Part shown: piece by piece, positions 40,106 to 52,010 of the stretch
Layout of the letters: each line of letters begins with the position of its first letter
Position numbering within the stretch: the first letter of the stretch is position 1
Assembly: GCF_018977255.1 (NCBI RefSeq)
Contig: NW_024704743.1
Coordinates: 67,706,001 to 67,770,000 of the forward strand
From: Callorhinchus milii
Taxonomy: Eukaryota
Reading direction: 5' to 3'
Length of the DNA: 64,000 nucleotides
Position numbers and translations under genes: made by a program
The notes under the pieces: generated by a model
The model's input: only the letters and a program-made list of their open reading frames with translations
Told to the model about the DNA's origin: nothing
Databases searched by the model: none

Positions 40106-41286
40106 GTGAAGGTGGTTTGCATTCGCTGCAAGTCTTATAAGAAAAAGCAACATCTCAAGGAACTGAACTGAAGCTTGTTCTGTTTTCAAAACAGAAAAAA
40201 AAGTGAATTAAACAGACACTTGAAAAAGAATTGTAAACAGAAAGGGAGAGCTCTAGAGAATCACATCATATGTTTTATGTGGAGAAACATTTCGCCATAG
40301 AAATGATAGGCAAACAGAAGGCCTGTTTCTGTGCTGTAACATTCCATGATTTTAAGGCATCAGGTCAGCCTGAGTAATTGACAGGCATGGAACTGACATG
40401 GCACAAGTGCAGTGTTTGGAGTCAGTGAGTCACCCAGCAGTAAGTGTATTTCCAATCTACAGACGTGTCTTAAGGTCCCCTATCTCTGGCCCTCACAATA
40501 CACTTGTATTAAAAACAATATTGAGTATAGGAAAATCCACAAGCCATCAGTCCCTTTCTGAGCAATCAGTTTGCAGTAGAGAAACAAATACAGTTTATTT
40601 TAGATAAAGAATTGTCCAAGACCAGTGTCCCTAATCAACAGTCACAGTTGCATTTACCATTGCACCAACAATTAAGGAGCTCTTCAATGTCTAAATGCAA
40701 AGCTCTGTTTGCATCCCATCCTGTGAATATATTATGTGAATTGCTTTGAGATGTCTTCCCGATGTGAAAGATGCTATACTAAATGTAAGGATAATAGGAT
40801 TTTATCCTTACATTTAGAAGGACACAATTCTTGCTTCCATCCAATACAATCACAAGTACTTTTTAAATGAAGTTAGAGCATATAAGATTCCAACATCTTT
40901 CCAGCTATTATTGTATTTTGTGAAGACCACAAGTACAATTGGGATCTAACATGAGAAGCATGGTGCTGTAAACAGCATTAGCACTCAAAATGATCACAGT
41001 AGTTTTTTGTTCACTGCCAGGCGACCCAACAGTGTGAGGGTAATCAGTTTACTATTGCACATGTTTTTAAAGGGTTACACTCCACCAAGGTTGAGCTCAC
41101 AGTTCTCTCACATCTCAGAACATAAGAATTTACTAAGCAAAAGAAGACCAAGGTCCATCCAGTTCACTTTCCACCATCCAGGTAGTCGCTTGGATGGTGA
41201 TCCCAATATCTTGTACAGTACATACACATTGACCCCCATGTAATCAAGTACAAGCTCTCTATGATGAACATGTTCTAGGTGAGATC

Positions 41287-41505
41287 TCGAATTCAAGATC
41301 CTCATCCTCACCTACAAGGCCAATCACGGCCTTGCTCCCTCCTACCTCTCCGACCTACAATCCCCCTACCTACCTTCCCGTACCCTCCGTTCCTCTGGCT
41401 CCGGTCTGCTCCACATCCCCCGCCCCAACCGTCCTACCATCAGTGGCCGGGCCTTCAGCCTCTCAGCCCCGAGGCTCTGGAACTCCATCCCCCAGTGCCT
41501 TCGCC
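41287..41505 (+). mobile_element. Young L2 fragment lacking its 3' tail
   Basis: High identity to 23245-23463. Confidence 0.85.
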
Positions 41506-41509
41506 TTGC

Positions 41510-42615
41510 AGGGGAAAGCAGGGAGATCGAAAGCACGGTCAAAGAGGAGGGTCTTGAGGTGGGTCTTGAAGGTGACGAGGGAGGGGGCGAGATGGAGGAA
41601 CTACGGGATGGAGTTCCAGAGAGTGAGTGCAGAGTGGCGGAAGGCCCGCCCGCTAATCATGGGGCGAGCTAAATGGGGGACGTGAAGCAGGCTGGAGTCC
41701 ACTGAGCGGAGTGAGCGGACAGGGCTGTAGGGGGTTAGGAGGTTGGAGAGGTAGGGGGGAGCAAGACCATGGAGGGATTTGAAGATGAGGACCAGGATCT
41801 TGAACTCTATCCTCTGTGTGATGGGAAGCCAGTGGAGTTGGGCAAGGAAGGGGGTCAAAGGGTCGTGGAGCCTAGTACGGGAGAGGACATGGGCCGCAGA
41901 GTTCTGGATGATCTGCAGCCTGTGGAGGGAGGAGTTGGGAGGCCGACAAGCAATGAGTTTGCATAGTCAAGCCTTGATGTAATGAAAACGTGCATGAGGG
42001 TTTCGGCAGCCTGCAGTGTGAGACAATGTCGGTACCGAGCGACGTTGTAGTGGTGGGGGAAGGCAGAGCAGGTCATGTGCAGAAGGGGGTAGAAAGGATA
42101 GTTGAGGGTCAAACAAGACCCCAAGGTTCCAGACTGGCTTAGCAAGGTTGAGTGTGCAACCGAGGATGGTGATGTTATCAGCACCTGAGGTGAGGAGGCA
42201 CTGACGGGAGCGAATCAGGAGAGCCTCGGTCTGGTTGACGTTCAACTAAAGGAAGTTAGCTCTCATCCAGGACTTGATGTCTGACAGACATTCTGTTAGC
42301 ACAGCAGTGGTCCTGGAGTCGAGGGTGGAGGCAGAGAGGTAGAGTTGGGTGTCATCTGCATATATGTGGAAGTTGACCCCATGTCTGCAGGTGATGTCAC
42401 CATATAGATGTTGAAGAGGAGGGGTCCAAGGGCAGAGCCCTGAGGCACACCGCACGAGATGGTCCGAGGGCAAGAGGAGAAGCCGTTTGAGGAGATGAAG
42501 TGCAGGCGGTGTGAGAGGTACGAGCTGAACCAATCAAAGACAGCCCCGTGGAGGTTGAGGTGAGAGGAAAAGCGGTGGATGAGGATAGAATGGTCGATGG
42601 TGTCGAATGCATTGC
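41510..42615 (-). mobile_element. L2 LINE ORF2 reverse-transcriptase fragment
   Basis: AFDTIDHSIL, GVPQGSALGPLLFNIY, HIYADDTQLY, LHWLPITQRIEFKIL; frameshifted. Confidence 0.92.
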
Positions 42616-42675
42616 TGAGAGAGCATTCATTTTCCATTTTGCTGCACTAACCATATGTACAACAATTTTATTATT

Positions 42676-42994
42676 GTGGAGTCCTGTAGCTCAGTGGTCA
42701 GAGCACTCGCTTTGCAAGTGAGAGACCTGAGTTCAATTCCAGGCAGAGCGAAACCTTGGGCAAGTTTCCTTACTCCACACGCCTAATAATAATCCCTCCA
42801 AAACAAAACAAAGCAATAATAAATTGGTCATTTTCAATCTACGACTGTTTGTGGGACATTGCTGTGCGCAATTGGCTGCCGCGTTCGCCCACAAATATAC
42901 AGTCAATTCACTTTACAGTGTGTTCTGTGAAGCGCTTTGGGACGTCCTCCCAACGTGAAAAGCGCTATATCAAATGCAAGGATTATTATTATTA
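42676..42994 (+). mobile_element. tRNA-Ala SINE, short subfamily, young
   Basis: Full length; preceded by ttattatt. Confidence 0.92.
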
Positions 42995-43841
42995 AGCACA
43001 GGAAGATATTACAAATCACCTAACGAACTGCTCAAAAGATCTTGATGGTATATACTACTCTGTTTCGATTCAATTCGACATAAACAAAAAGAAACAGGTC
43101 ACCACATCTGTACTGCAGGGCTTCAAGAAGGAGAATAATTTTTATTGTATAATTGCTTGTTTATGCACAGTGTTTCAGTTCTAGAGCTCCAGTGCATTGC
43201 TAATATACCTATTATTAGACCATTTTAAGAATCGCTCTAGGAACATTATTGGAGAAATGTTTTAACATGCCTACAAATACACAGTCACTTCATTTCATAG
43301 TAATTCCCATGAAGCGCTTTCAGATGTCCTTTCGACATGATAAATGCAAGTATGATTATTATTATTATTATTCTGTTACTAGCTTTCTTTTGGAAGCTCT
43401 CCACTCTAATTTCATTCCTATGAACACCCTCGCCATAACCTTTAACGTTAATTTTCTCCAAGCGTTCATCCAATTATGGACTTATCTTGAAGAGTCATCT
43501 GTGGTAAAACATTCTATAATCTAACAACCCTTTGAGTAAGGAAAAAATCTTAGCTCCCCTTTTCTTCTACCAGTGATAATTCTCGGTTTAGGCCTTCTTG
43601 GAAATGATCTGCCTATTATTGTAACAAAAAAAATATTTCTATTAGATTAACAAAGGCTACCCCCTTCACTCAGTGAATACTGGCCTGTTTTATGTAACCC
43701 ACCTTATTCGCTCTGCAACAACAACAACAAGATTAAATTTGTATAGCGCCTTTCACGTCGGGAGGACATCCCAAGGCGTTGGACAGTGTACAGTATTTCT
43801 ACCATCGGCAGGCAGGCTTTAAACATTCTGCCCCTGTCTCC

Positions 43842-45580
43842 AGGAACACAAGAACAGGAGTAAACCATTCAGCTCCTTGAGCCTGTTCCTCCATTATAGT
43901 TATACCTTAACTCCAATTGCCAGCCTTTGCCCCATATCCCTTGATACTCTTACCTAACAAAAACCTATCCACCTCAGTCTTGAAAATTGTAATTGATCCA
44001 GAATCCACAACCTTTTGGGGAAGAGAGTTCCAGATTTCCACTACCCTTTGCAGAAAAACGTGTTTTCTGATTTCACTCCTAAATGGCCTCGCTCTAATTT
44101 TAAGATTATGCCCATTTGTTCTGGATTCTGAGCTACCCTATCGAATCCCTTTATCATTTTACACACCTCAATTAGATCACCCCTCAACCTTTTAAACTCA
44201 AGGGAATACAAGCCAAGTGTATGTAACCTGTCCTTATAATTTAACCCTTTAACCCTGGTATCATTCTGGTGAATCTACACTATACACTTCCCACCCAGGG
44301 CCAATATATCCTTCCTGAGGTACAGTGTTCAAAACTGATCACAATACTCCTAATAGGGTCTGACCAAGACTGTACATCTGAACCATTATTTCCTCATCTT
44401 TGTATTCCAGCTCCCTTGAGATAAGGGCCAACATCCCATTAGCCTTTTTGATTACCTTTTGTAGCTTTTAGTGATTTGTGTACATGGACACCCAAATCCC
44501 TTTGCTCCTCCATAGTTCCTAGTTTCTCACCATTAAGGAAATATTCTGATTTGTCATTCTTGGATCCATAGTGGATGACCTCACACGTATCCACATTGAA
44601 CTCCCTCTGCCAGAGTTTTGGCCACTCATTTAATCTGTCAATATCGCTTGGTAACTTTCTGCTCTCATCTACATATTTCCACTCACAGGGCTTTGGGACA
44701 TCATCTCAATGTGAAAGGCGCTGTACAAATGTAATTTTATTTTGTAAATTTTTTTTTGCATGGACATAACTTACTTTTCTTGCCTCCTAACTTTGTGTCA
44801 TCTGCAAATTTGGATATACAAATCTCTATTCCTTCATCCAAGTAATGTATATATAATATATTTTTAACTTTTATTTTTGCTAATCTTCGCTTGTGCAGAA
44901 CTTTATCAAATATCTTCTGTATAGACGACATCCATAGTCACTCCCATATACACCATGTTTGGTGTATACCTCAAAAAATTCAACTGGATTTGTCAGCCAT
45001 GACTTATCCTTCACAAATCCTTGCCGACTCTCTGTGATCGTCTCACACTTGTCTAACTGCTCTGTCATTCTGATACCGATGATAGATTTCAATAACCTCC
45101 ACACAATTGATGTTAAGACGACAAGTCTGTAGTTACCTGGTTTCTCCCTCCCTTCTAAAATAACAGAGTGACTTTTGTAATTTTCCAATCCAAGGGCACA
45201 ATTCACGAATATGGAGGGCTGTGGAAAATTATGACTAATGCATCTACAATTTCCTCCCCTATTTTAATATACTGTTATGGAATCTATCAGGTCCTGGAGA
45301 TTTGCCTGTCTTGGAAGTCCCATTTTTTAAAAAAAATATTAAGTATATTAAAGCACTTCTCTTTTACTTATTTTTAGGTTCCCTTGTATCACTGATAATT
45401 TGTCTTCTTCCTCTACTGTGAAAATGGATGGAAAATATTTATTTAACAAGCCTGCCATTTCCTTATTGTTCATTATAGTCTCACCTGGTCTTCAATGGGC
45501 CCACATTCCCCTTTTCCATTCTTTTTCTCTTAATATATTTATAAAAACTTTTACTATTAGCTTTGATATCCCTTGCAAGT
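43842..45580 (-). mobile_element. CR1 LINE, degraded and deleted ORF2 plus 3' end
   Basis: PGNYRLVVLTSIV, QGFVKDKSWLTN, SKFADDTKLGG motifs. Confidence 0.88.
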
Positions 45581-46049
45581 TTTCGAATGATCTCTGGAAC
45601 TCGATCCTGGAGTCTGACAGACTTGTTCCCTCCCTCCTCATTCAAGACCCTTTTCAAAATATACCTCTTTTATCGTGCTTTCAGTCAATTTTCCCTCCCA
45701 CCCACCTCAGCTCCCACCTCCAGTTAAAGCGCCTAGCCACCATTGTCAAGCACTTTGAAATATCTTCCACATGTGAAAGGCACTATATAAATATAATTTG
45801 CATTGTATGGTATAACCTTCCCTGATCCAGTGAAAGGAGTTCTATTTGTTTTAAGTCTCTGTGCATAACTGCAGTATAACCTCTGATCCTCTCTTTTTGT
45901 TTTCCTAACTCACTTTATTTCGTGACACAACACATTCTTTGTTTGATCCATTGATCGCATTGAATGAACTCACAAAATTCTGATATCACTTGTAAATTCA
46001 GCAACTCTGCTTTCATCAAGATAGCTCATAGATACTGCACTATAAAAGG

Positions 46050-46460
46050 GGACAAGTTCCAGGAATGATCCCTGTCACTGACATCTAATTAGAACAAGCA
46101 CGATTCCTCACCAGCCTTCATTTCCCATTAGTTAGACAATTTATTTTTCAATTTACAACATGCTCCTTTATCCCAAGTACTTTCACTTTAGCCACAAATC
46201 TCTTGTGATACACCTTATGGAATGGCTAAAGTAAGTTAAGATTTAAAATACCCAACACATTACCCTCATCATTAATTCCGTTCCATCCTCAAAAAATCCC
46301 TATAAATTGGTTAGGTACATCTTGCCTTTCATAAACCAATACAAGCTAGGAATTAATTGCCTCTTCTCTGATACAACCTATTGGATCACTTATAACAGCC
46401 TCTGGTGATTTGTTTTCCTATTAGGAATGACAAGCAAACTAGGGTACAATTCCCCAAATC
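46050..46460 (-). mobile_element. CR1 RT fragment, old
   Basis: Degraded NCTLVCLS...GFMKGK-like region. Confidence 0.5.
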
Positions 46461-46601
46461 ATGTATCATGTATGCATGATGTATCATGTATATATCAGAT
46501 ATATGATCCAAATGTATCTGGGGAGGTGTCTGATACATGTATTTGGGGAGGTATCTGATCCAAATCAGATACCTTTCCAAATAATGATCTAATAACTTAG
46601 A

Positions 46602-46748
46602 TACTTATTTGGAGAGAACAAGTTTTCAGGGCTATGGAGAGAGAGTGGGGGCGTGGGATTGAATTGGATAGCTCTTTTCAAGGAGCCGCACAGACACAAT
46701 GGGCCAAACGGCCTCCTTCTGTGCTGTATAATTCTATGATTCTATGAT
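46602..46748 (+). mobile_element. CR1 3' end
   Basis: atgggccaaacggcctccttctgtgctgta followed by (attctatg)n. Confidence 0.8.
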
Positions 46749-46944
46749 ATATTTTTAAAAGTTGGCTGGTTCTTTTCCAGTATTCTCCGATATTTTATAT
46801 TTATGTATTTAATAGACTTTCCTTATTCCCCAGTTAGTGGCATTATCACCTTTGCATACATTTGTTTTGCATTAACATCCACTGTAACATTCTCTTGCTT
46901 AGGTCAGTGACCTTCTTACAATTTTTCTCCTGCCTTTCCTTATG

Positions 46945-47365
46945 GGTTGTCAACCTCTTTCTCCTATGAGTCAGCAGGGTATGGGTTCAGGCCACACAAG
47001 TCAAGACTTTAAGCTCCCAGTCTGGAACCTGACACTGCAGTGCAGTGCTGGAGGAGTGCGGGACTGTCAGAAATGCTTTGGATGAAACATTAGTGCAAGA
47101 TCCTGTCTGTTCAAGTGGACTTTAAAGATTCCAAGGCATTATTTAAAAAAGAGAAGGAAGTTTCTTGCAGTTTGCTGTTCAACAATCCTTCAGATAGAAT
47201 GGATCATTCACTTCACGACTATTTGTGGGTCACTGCTGTACACAAATTGGCAATCATGTTTAGCTGCAAAATACATAGTCACTACAAGTTTCACAAACTT
47301 CGTGAAGCACTGGGAGATGTTTGATATTTTAGGAGCTATATCAAACACAAAGATTATGATTATTT
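46945..47365 (+). mobile_element. DeuSINE, degraded
   Basis: gagtcagcagggtatgggttcagg...ggatgaaacatt...tail. Confidence 0.6.
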
Positions 47366-47724
47366 CCAATGGAACCAAATGGATCAGATATTTGTGTTCC
47401 TTGGAACAATCACAGCAGGGTCTTCCTTTTCTTGTGCATTTCTTCCCAACATCACATAGAATGATCCAGGAATTCTCCTGATGCAATATGTTTTTCTCAT
47501 TGTCACATGAATACTTTTTTCCCCTTCCTTCATGATTTCCTTTAAATAATACAACCCTCCTTATTGTATGGGTCAAATTTTGCATCCTGTATAAAATTTA
47601 TCCCATCAAATTGCCTGGAAAGAGAAAATACCTCCCCACCACCTTATGTAGGGGAAGAAAAATGTTTGCTTGCACAAGATGTGATTAACATCATATGAAC
47701 CACAAAGTTGATCACAATATATTT

Positions 47725-48325
47725 TCCCTGCTCACCGGACCTCCCAACTCTTCCCTCCACAAGTTGCAGATTTTTCAGAACTCAGTTTCGTAACTCTATC
47801 ACCCACCATCCTCGCCCGGCTTCACCGGCTCCCCATCCCCTGGCTTCACCGGCTCCACATCCCCCAGCTTCACGGGCTCCCCATCCCCCGGCTTCACAGC
47901 CTCCCCATCCCCGGCTTCACGGCCTCCCCATCCCCCGGAGGATTAGTTCAAGATCCTCATTCTCACCTTTAAAGCTCTACCCTATCTCTGCCACCCACTA
48001 AACCTTTACCAACCTGTCCACTCCTTGCGCTCGGTGTGGGCACCGGCCTGCTCCATCAGTAGTCGAGCCTTCAGCCTTTCTGTTCCACCCCCTGGAACTC
48101 CATCCCGGAGCCCCTCTGCCTTGCCCCCCCTCCCTTGCCTCCTTCAGGACCCATCTTAAGACTTTCCTCTTCAACCTGCCTGCGGTCATCTTCCCACCCC
48201 ATCCTCCCTTGCCCTCCAACACTCTTGATTCCAACCTCCATCTCAGGTGCAAACCCTTCACTGTCCAGCACCTAGGGAAAATCTCCTGACATTAAAGGCA
48301 CTATATAAATGCAATTTGTTGTTTT
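47725..48325 (+). mobile_element. L2 3' fragment containing a minisatellite
   Basis: ttcaagatcctcattctcacc...ctggaactccatcc...tail. Confidence 0.75.
47816..47934. repeat. Minisatellite, 5 x ~24 bp (ccggcttcaccggctccccatccc)
   Basis: Directly visible tandem units. Confidence 0.9.
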
Positions 48326-48919
48326 TTTCACAATGCATTTGATAGAATCAGAATGTATTTTCTATTTTGTTTCTCTATAAGTGTTTGGCAATCTTTGCCC
48401 GGTTCACATCCACTCTCATTTCCAAAATGACGTTAATGTTGATCTATTACTTTATTAATAATTGTAATAATCTCCTGAGAAGGAAAAACAGCTAACATAG
48501 AAAATAAGCTTTGATCCATAAAACCAATTATGCCTGACGTCAAGAGATTTAATATCAATGCATTTCTGTATAAATAACACTCTGTATTATTACAATGTAA
48601 TACTGAACAATACACTCTTCACAAACAATGAAAAGGCAGTAGCTAGTTCCAACATCATGTTGCTCAGTTTGAATAGCTCCCATGGTGATTTTCCTCTATG
48701 TGCATATCAGCCTGCCTCAGTTGGCAGCATTCGCTTCTGAGTCCGAAGGTTTTGAGTTCAAACCCCACATTGGAATTTTGATCTCACAGTATAAAGGTCA
48801 GGCTTAAACTAAGTCTAAACATTCAGTTACCTATACTATCAAAATTCATGTTCATTATAACTTACAACATCTTGAATGGGAAAAGTATCTTTTAAGCTCT
48901 AAAATTGGGGTAAACAATG

Positions 48920-49118
48920 GAAATTCCACCTAGTCTTATCATTTTATCTTAAAATTTATGATCCCACAGAATTGTGGAAAATTCTTCAATTCATTCCTAA
49001 GTTGAAAGCCAGATCTTGCTAAAATTGTGGAAAACTGGCTTCCAAATTAGAACTGAATTGAAGATTTTTTCCAAACTCTGCAAGACCTTAATATTTTACG
49101 ACAGACTAGGTGGAATTC
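48920..49118. mobile_element. Palindromic MITE-like element, copy 3
   Basis: aattccacctagtct / agactaggtggaatt termini; inner tcttcaattca / tgaattgaaga and agccag / ctggct. Confidence 0.75.
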
Positions 49119-49227
49119 AGGCCTACACTGTTATAGCATTGAGTTTGCAGCAATATTAGTACACTAATAAGGAGGAGATTTACACATAAAGTGAAGCATC
49201 AGTGAGGTCTAGTTGGGAAGTTCTTAC

Positions 49228-49338
49228 CTCCTCTCTTGTTCAGTTTAGCATAGCCAGGTACATAACTGCTTGACATCACAGAGGAGCTTGTGAAGGAGGG
49301 GTGAGGAAGCGTCACAATCAGTGGTGTATCGCATTTCT
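49228..49338 (-). CDS. CNTNAP2: CNTNAP2 coding exon 2 (111 nt, phase 1-1): [37 protein letters not shown](G)
   Basis: Minus strand ttttttcag|AGAAATGC...AGAGGAG|gtaaga with canonical splice sites. Peptide matches recalled human CNTNAP2 KCDEPLVSGLPHVAFSSSSSISGSYSPGYAKINKRG; 111 nt equals the recalled human exon 2 length. Confidence 0.93.
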
Positions 49339-50079
49339 CTGAAAAAAAGAGATTGTTCACTTTAGCATCAATCTTACAGAATGAGGCAAAATAGCAAAGC
49401 AATGTAAGCAAAGCAAATAGCAAAGCTTTCACTGATTCATTTCAGATATAATTATTTCAGTACTTCTCAAGAGTAAACATTTTGTGCAATGTAATCACAC
49501 TTTTGCATGAATGACAAAATACTTCCTAACAGGCATTTGTGCACACACATTTCTATATCTTTTCTGTCTATTTTGCTCATTATACATAACTGAGGATAAT
49601 TTCAAATGGTTAAAAATTCAAAACAATACTAGCGGGCAACATGTTTCCAATTTGGTTGAATACATTAGCATTAAAAACATCCCCAAAACTTTCATTTCTG
49701 ATTCAAAATAGGTATAAACAGTTTCCCACATTTGTCAAAGGCATGCTATTGATCAAAAGATCCAAAATGTCTGAACCCTATACAAAAATGAGAGATCCTC
49801 TTCAAAAATTATCCTCAAAATACATTTGGAAAGGCTCACAGGTGGTATTACAACAGGTTAAACCGGTGTCCTGTTGCTTTGGCCCTGGTTTAAATTCAGC
49901 CTTGAGTTATGGAACAGAATCTTTTCACTGTGCTTGCCATCAGAGTGATTATAGAAAGTAATGTGGAGGCATTAAACCTAACACCTAATGCACAAAGCTG
50001 CATAGATATAAAATTGCCTCTGATGTGGCAAGTGTGAACCTCTGAGTGCTAAAAAGATAGACTTCTGTCGGAAATGGAA

Positions 50080-50215
50080 AATTCAGCAGGTCTGAGAGCA
50101 GACATAAATGTTAACTCATTTTCCTCTCTCATAGAAGCTGCCTGACCTGCTGCCTGTTCCCAGCAACTTCTGTTTGTATTTCAGATTTCCAGCATCTGCA
50201 GTATTTTGCTTTTTA
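50080..50215 (+). mobile_element. Penelope-like element terminal remnant
   Basis: gttaactc...gctgcctgacctgctg...ttcagatttccagcatctgcagtattttgc resembles the chondrichthyan Penelope terminus as I recall it; preceded by a short inverted piece (cagcaggtc). Confidence 0.55.
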
Positions 50216-51566
50216 TTTAATACCCCTTGTGTTGAACACTGTACTAGTTTGATAAACCTGAGAAAATAACCAACAGAATCAGCAGAATATAATGCACATT
50301 AGCATTTTACATTCAAGAAGATTGCAGCTGTGTGTGAATAAGAGTCAATAGTGCCTTTATGTGTGTGAAACTAATATTTTCAAGGTGGTTTAAATTATTT
50401 GATTCAGTTTGAATATGATTAACTAGATTTTAAAATACGTTTCAATTTGTTTTAAAACAAAATAAATCAGGTCTGAAGAATGCAGATTTGCTAATTGAGT
50501 TGGTAAATTACCAGTGAATTATTAAACAGCGATCTCTAATTTGCAAATTATAGTTTGAATCCCCACATTAGGGAGGGCATTCACTCATCTTATCTTATTG
50601 CTCCTATGGTTGTCAATGGTAGACACTGGGCTTAGTATTCGAATCCATGTTCATGGGCTGAATAGAACTGCCCAGTTATGCTGCTGAGTCTCTGTGGGCA
50701 GCTTCTCAAGGATAATAAGATTTGGCACTTTCATCTCTATGGCTTCGGTTGAATTCCCAGTCAGGGAGTGAAAATGTTACATTGATTAACTCTTTCCATA
50801 AAGCACTGGGTTAGGATTTGGTTGGGAATAGCACAGAAGGTTACAGGGAAAGTATTGACTGAAATGAACAAATACTACGGCGGGAGGCAAGAATCTATGG
50901 ATGACTGAAGGTCACAACAGAATAGTGGACATCAATGAACGATCTAAAGTGTTTTTTTATCTGGGGGATGAAAGTTTACTGATACAGAATTTTCCCTATG
51001 AGACTGAAAGGCCTTGAATTATAGAATCATAACCACGTAGAATGGTGCTTGTTCACCTAGGACTATCTATCTGTAGTTCAGAGCCAGGTAGACATGATTT
51101 GCTGACTCCTCCCTTGAGAGCTTGTTTTTATTCATTATAAATCAACCTTCTAAAAGGGGAGAGTGAATGGACCATTGGGATTCAGACTCTGGGCCTTTTT
51201 GTTCTAGGTCCAGTACTCTGCTAGCTGAGACTATGGGAGAACACACTGAGAAATACTGAGACACAGACAGTTGCCTGAAAGTCACTATGTTTAGTGGCAT
51301 GAAAACAACCTACCAAACTTAAACTAAATAGAATGTTTTTTTCAGATCAAAAGGCCAGATCAAACAAAGAGAAAGTGAAGGGGTTTAGCAAGTACTGTAC
51401 AGGATAGATGGAAGAAATGGGACTAAAGGAAGTTCAGTCACAAATCCATTGGTTTACACCTTGGTCCATTCAAAACAACTTTTAACTTTTAGCCATTTCT
51501 GCCCCAAAATGGCAGCTCACTCCCAGAAGAGCACAAATTCATCTACAAACACCTTCATCTAGCAGA

Positions 51567-52010
51567 CAATAACAACAACAACAAGATTCCATTTATTGAG
51601 CGCCTTTCACGTCGGGAGGACGTCCCAAGGCGCTGGACAGTTGGGTCAGGACCCGAGCAGTGGGGAAATGGTCAGGGTGAGGGGAGGGAAGGGAGGGAGC
51701 GAGGAGGGGGTAGAGAGTCGAGAGGAGAGCTGAAGGCACGGTCAAAGAGGAAGGTCTTGAGACTGGCCTTGAAGGAGGAAAGGGAGGAGGCGGCGAAGGC
51801 ACTGGGGGATAGAGTTCCAGAGCCTAGGGGCTGAGAGGCTGAAGCCCCGGCCACAGATGGTAGGGCGGTTGGGGTGGGGGATGTGGAGCAGACCGGAGCC
51901 AGAGGAACGGAAGGTATGGGCAGGTAGGTCGGGGGTTAGTAGGTCGGAGAGGTAGGAGGGAGCAAGGCCCTGAATGGCCTTGTAGGTGAGGATGAGGATC
52001 TTGAATTCGA
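51567..52010 (-). mobile_element. Young L2 3' end
   Basis: Near-identical to 23245-23685 in reverse complement. Confidence 0.92.

Noticed and set aside
42756..42995. Recurrent ORF MGKFPYSTRLIIIPP...YYY (also 4905-5207, 54495-54734, 61068-61403)
   Set aside because: Chance reading frame in SINE copies with a non-ATG start; no protein family recognised.
49199..49432. 77-aa ORF as a stand-alone secreted peptide
   Set aside because: It is exon 2 read through into intron on both sides; splice sites define the true coding part. The same applies to 17669-17896.
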